Assembly (NCBI GenBank): GCA_051294375.1
Contig: JBJCIZ010000239.1
Coordinates: 925,721 to 989,720 of the forward strand
Source: Paraspadella gotoi
Taxonomy: Eukaryota; Animalia; Chaetognatha
Length of the DNA: 64,000 nucleotides
Direction of reading: 5' to 3'
A program made the position numbers and the translations under genes. Shown piece by piece: positions 60,544 through 64,000 of the stretch; the stretch's first letter is position 1, and each line of letters opens with the position of its first letter. Below the pieces are notes generated by a model that did not search any database, was not told the origin of the DNA, and saw nothing but the letters and a program-made list of their open reading frames with translations.

Positions 60544-61208
60544 TTTCAGCCTTACCACTATATCACTACTATTTCTTTCCCTTCCTCTTCTGACCATCTC
60601 ATCGACGCGTCCTTCCCAGACCCCGCCTTCCTTGTTTTGGGGTCATATTTTCAGGTCTCTCTCTCTCTCTCTGTCTCTCTCCTCTCCTCTCTCTCTCTTC
60701 TCTTCTCTCTCTCTCCTCCCCTCCTCTCTCTCTCTCTTCTCTCTCTCCTTCTCTCTCTTATTTTCTTGAATCCCAATTCTTTTCCTCGTCATCCATTTCC
60801 CCGCACAGACAGACTGACCCGACAAAGCGGCGTCGCCGAGGTAAGTTCAAGTCTGCTTTCTCTTTCTTTCTTCTCTCCCCTTACCTTTCCCTTCCCTTTC
60901 CCAAACCCTTACCTTCCGTTCAACAAGCTATAGAATACCATACTATAGTAAAATCCAAAAATTTAGTAAAATAGTGTAACAAGTAAATTTACAATTACTA
61001 ACCTATCGACTCAAGTTTTTCGTCCAGCTCCCAACACGCTCTAAAACCCAGCCTCCCACCAACCTCTTTGCCCTGGGAGCTGAGGTCATTTCCCCTTCTC
61101 CCAGTCAGTTATGTCAACAACCCTCTCTCTATCTATCTATCTGTCTATCTATCTATCTATCTATCTAGAGTTGAAGGGTGATGGATGGAGCGGAGATGAG
61201 GAGGGGAG

Positions 61209-61244
<36 letters not shown>

Positions 61245-61291
61245 TAGAGAGATAGATAGATAGATAGAGAGATAGATAGAGAGATAGCATG

Positions 61292-61328
<37 letters not shown>

Positions 61329-61977
61329 TAGGATAGATAGATAGATAAGATAGATAGTAGATAGATAGACAGATAGATAGATAGAGAGAGGGTTGTTTAC
61401 TAACTGGACTGGAGACAGGGGAAATGACCTGCAGCTCCCAGGGCAAAGGGTTGGTGGGGAGCTTGGGTTTTTAGAGCGTGTTGGGAGCTGGACGAAAAAC
61501 TTTGAGTCGATAGGCTTTAGTAATTGTAAATTACTTGTTACACTATTTTGACTAATTTTGGATTTTACTATAGTATGGGTATCTATAGCTTGATTGGAAA
61601 CGGAAGGTACAGGGTTTTTGGGAAAGGGAAGGGACAGGATAAGGGGAGAGAAGAAAGAAGAGAAAGCAGACTTGAAAACTTACCTCGGCGACGCCGCTTT
61701 GTCGGGTCAGTCTGTCTGTTGCGGGGAAATGGATGACGAGGAAAAGAATTGGGAATTCAAGAAAATAAAGAGAGAAGGAGAGAGAGAAGAGAGAGAGAGA
61801 TGGAGGAGGAGAAGAGAGAGAAGAAGGAAGAGAGAGAGAGGAGAAGAGAGAGACAGAGAGAGAGAGAGAGATTGAAAATTGACCCAAAACAAGGAAGCGG
61901 GTCTGGGAAGGACGCGTCGATGAAGATGGTAGGAAGAGGAAGGGAAGAAATAGTAGTGATATAGTGGTGAAGCTGAA

Positions 61978-62009
<32 letters not shown>

Positions 62010-63105
62010 AGAGAGAAGAGAGAGGAGAGAGGATGAGAGAGAGAGAGAGAAGAGAGAAGAGAGAGAAAAGAAATCTTTTTCCAGGTAGGGCGTGATCAAG
62101 GGGGCAATCCTTAGGGCAACAGTCGGCGTGATCCTCCCATTTTCTTGTCTCACAAAGATCTTTTATGTGTATCTAATGCAGGAGGAGGAGGGGAAGAGGA
62201 GGAAGAAGATGAGAAAGGACTAAATTCGAAAAATTTATGGATTCCTTTGCGCGGGCGACGTCGGCCAGCGTCGGCTTTGGTCGCCCACAACCGTCGGCTT
62301 CCGTTATGACTTAAAATCACGGATTTTGATAGTGATAATAAACAACACCAACAACGAAAAAAACAAGGGCCAATAGTGAAGACCGAAACGACGACGACGA
62401 TGACGATGAAGAAGTCGACAAAGTTCGACAATGAGGCTGACAAAAAAACAAAATGGAGCAAGATGATGATGATGATGATGATGATGGGTTTTTTTTCTCT
62501 TTTTTTTTCTTATTATTGATTCGCATTCAGTTTGATTAAATGAAGTTTAGCCTTTTGTTTTCAAATAGGTTGGAGAAGAGCGCTCTCCTACTTTTCCTAG
62601 TTAACGTCTTGAATTATGCAAAGGGGAAAAAAAAACAAAAGATACAGAGAAAGAGTTTTTGCTTTTACTCTTTATTTTTGTTTGGGGGGAAGAAAAAAGA
62701 AAGAAAGAAAAATTGGTTTGTGTCTGGAGATGATTTATGACTCAGGTAGAGGGGGAAAGAGGGGGAGGGAGAGAGGGGGAGAGAGGGAGGAGAAGAGAGA
62801 GGAAGGGATGAGAAGGGAGAGAGGATAAAAAAGTGAGGAGATGTACGAATAAGAGGAGGTAGAAAAAAAAAAAACGGAGATCAGTGGAAAAAAAGAAAAC
62901 AGATGGATGACTTTCACGTCAGAGGGTAATCTGTACAGCAGCAGAGAGAGAGCAGAGAGAGAGAGAGAGAGAGACGAGAGAGAGACGGGAGAGAGAGAGG
63001 AGAGAGAGAGAGAGAGAGAGAGAAATGAAAGGAAGTGTGTAAATCTTGCGTTATGGTTTATGGGAAGTAAGAAAGAGTACGTGCCTTACTTGGTCGGGAA
63101 AGAAC

Positions 63106-63141
<36 letters not shown>

Positions 63142-64000
63142 CGAGAGAGGAGAGAGAAGAAGAGACGAAGAGAGAGAGAGAGAGAAACCAAATAGAGAGC
63201 GAGTATTTTATGAGGCGCCTCTTCGCTTCTCTCTCACTCGCTCGCCGTAGATTCGATGCTTCCGTCACTCTTGTCGAATAATAATTATATTTTTTTTATT
63301 ATATTTAAAGTCTATTTTTCTTTTCAATAAAACGTTTCATCTATATAAAAAAGGCTTATTGGTGCCGTAATATTGACCTGACGAAGGTAAGGACTTAATA
63401 AATCGATAAACTGTTAAGACCAGTTTATAGCTTAGTTATCTTTTTAATTTTTATCACTAACGTAAAACTTAATTGCATTTTCCCCTCCGATTTTCAGATT
63501 ATCCTCTACCAACCTACGGCAGATCTGTCTGATTGGTGGGCATACGGGGTCCTCCTATACGAGATGCTGGCCGGCCAGGTGAGGGGATAGGAATGGTTGG
63601 GTGAGGCATACTTTTTTTCGTTCAATACATACCTTCAACATTCAATTCATTCTCCCTTCACTGCATTTAATGATTCATTCATTTAATTTTCATTCATGTC
63701 ATTTCATTTCCATTTATGGAATTCCTTCCTTTTTTTATTCCATTCATTTACTTCATTCATATCATTCATCATTCATTCATTATCATTCATTCATTCAATT
63801 GATTCAATCATTCATCATTTAGTACTTTAATATCATTCTTTTGCTTAAAACTGCAATACTTGTCATTCATGAATTAATTAATTTATTCATTCCTTTATCT
63901 ATTTAATTTTTCATTCATTCATTCATTCATTCAATTCATTTCATTCATTCATTCATTCATTCATACTTAATTATTCCTCTTTTAACACTCGATACTTTCA

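Overview
Eukaryotic (animal-like) genomic DNA: AT-rich GT-AG introns, CpG-rich exons, many (GA)n/(GAC)n microsatellites, N gaps and signs of noisy consensus (indels in exons, a fold-back at the 3' end). I assembled these genes by hand from splice sites. (1) A 5-exon GNAT acetyltransferase, 7-1048 (+). (2) A 3-exon TOGARAM1/crescerin that seems to lack the fourth TOG domain, 3101-9429 (+). (3, 4) Two tandem KIF28/KLP-6-like kinesin-3 paralogues, 10449-18549 and 19397-28675 (+). (5) An orphan single-exon membrane protein, 41229-42035 (-). (6) The 3' half of a conventional PKC, 47281-59097 (-), with betaII-like and betaI-like alternative last exons. Best lead: both kinesins stop just after the FHA domain and end in a basic patch plus a CaaL prenylation box (CSIL, CVVL), and paralogue B has degenerate switch I/II. 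This suggests a membrane-anchored motor/pseudo-motor pair. Other leads: a tRNA-derived SINE with a twister-ribozyme-like core, a structured repeat with conserved stems and variable loops, Penelope-type mini-hammerhead fold-backs and two strong RFX X-boxes. No database search or folding computation was run; homology calls come from recognised motifs.
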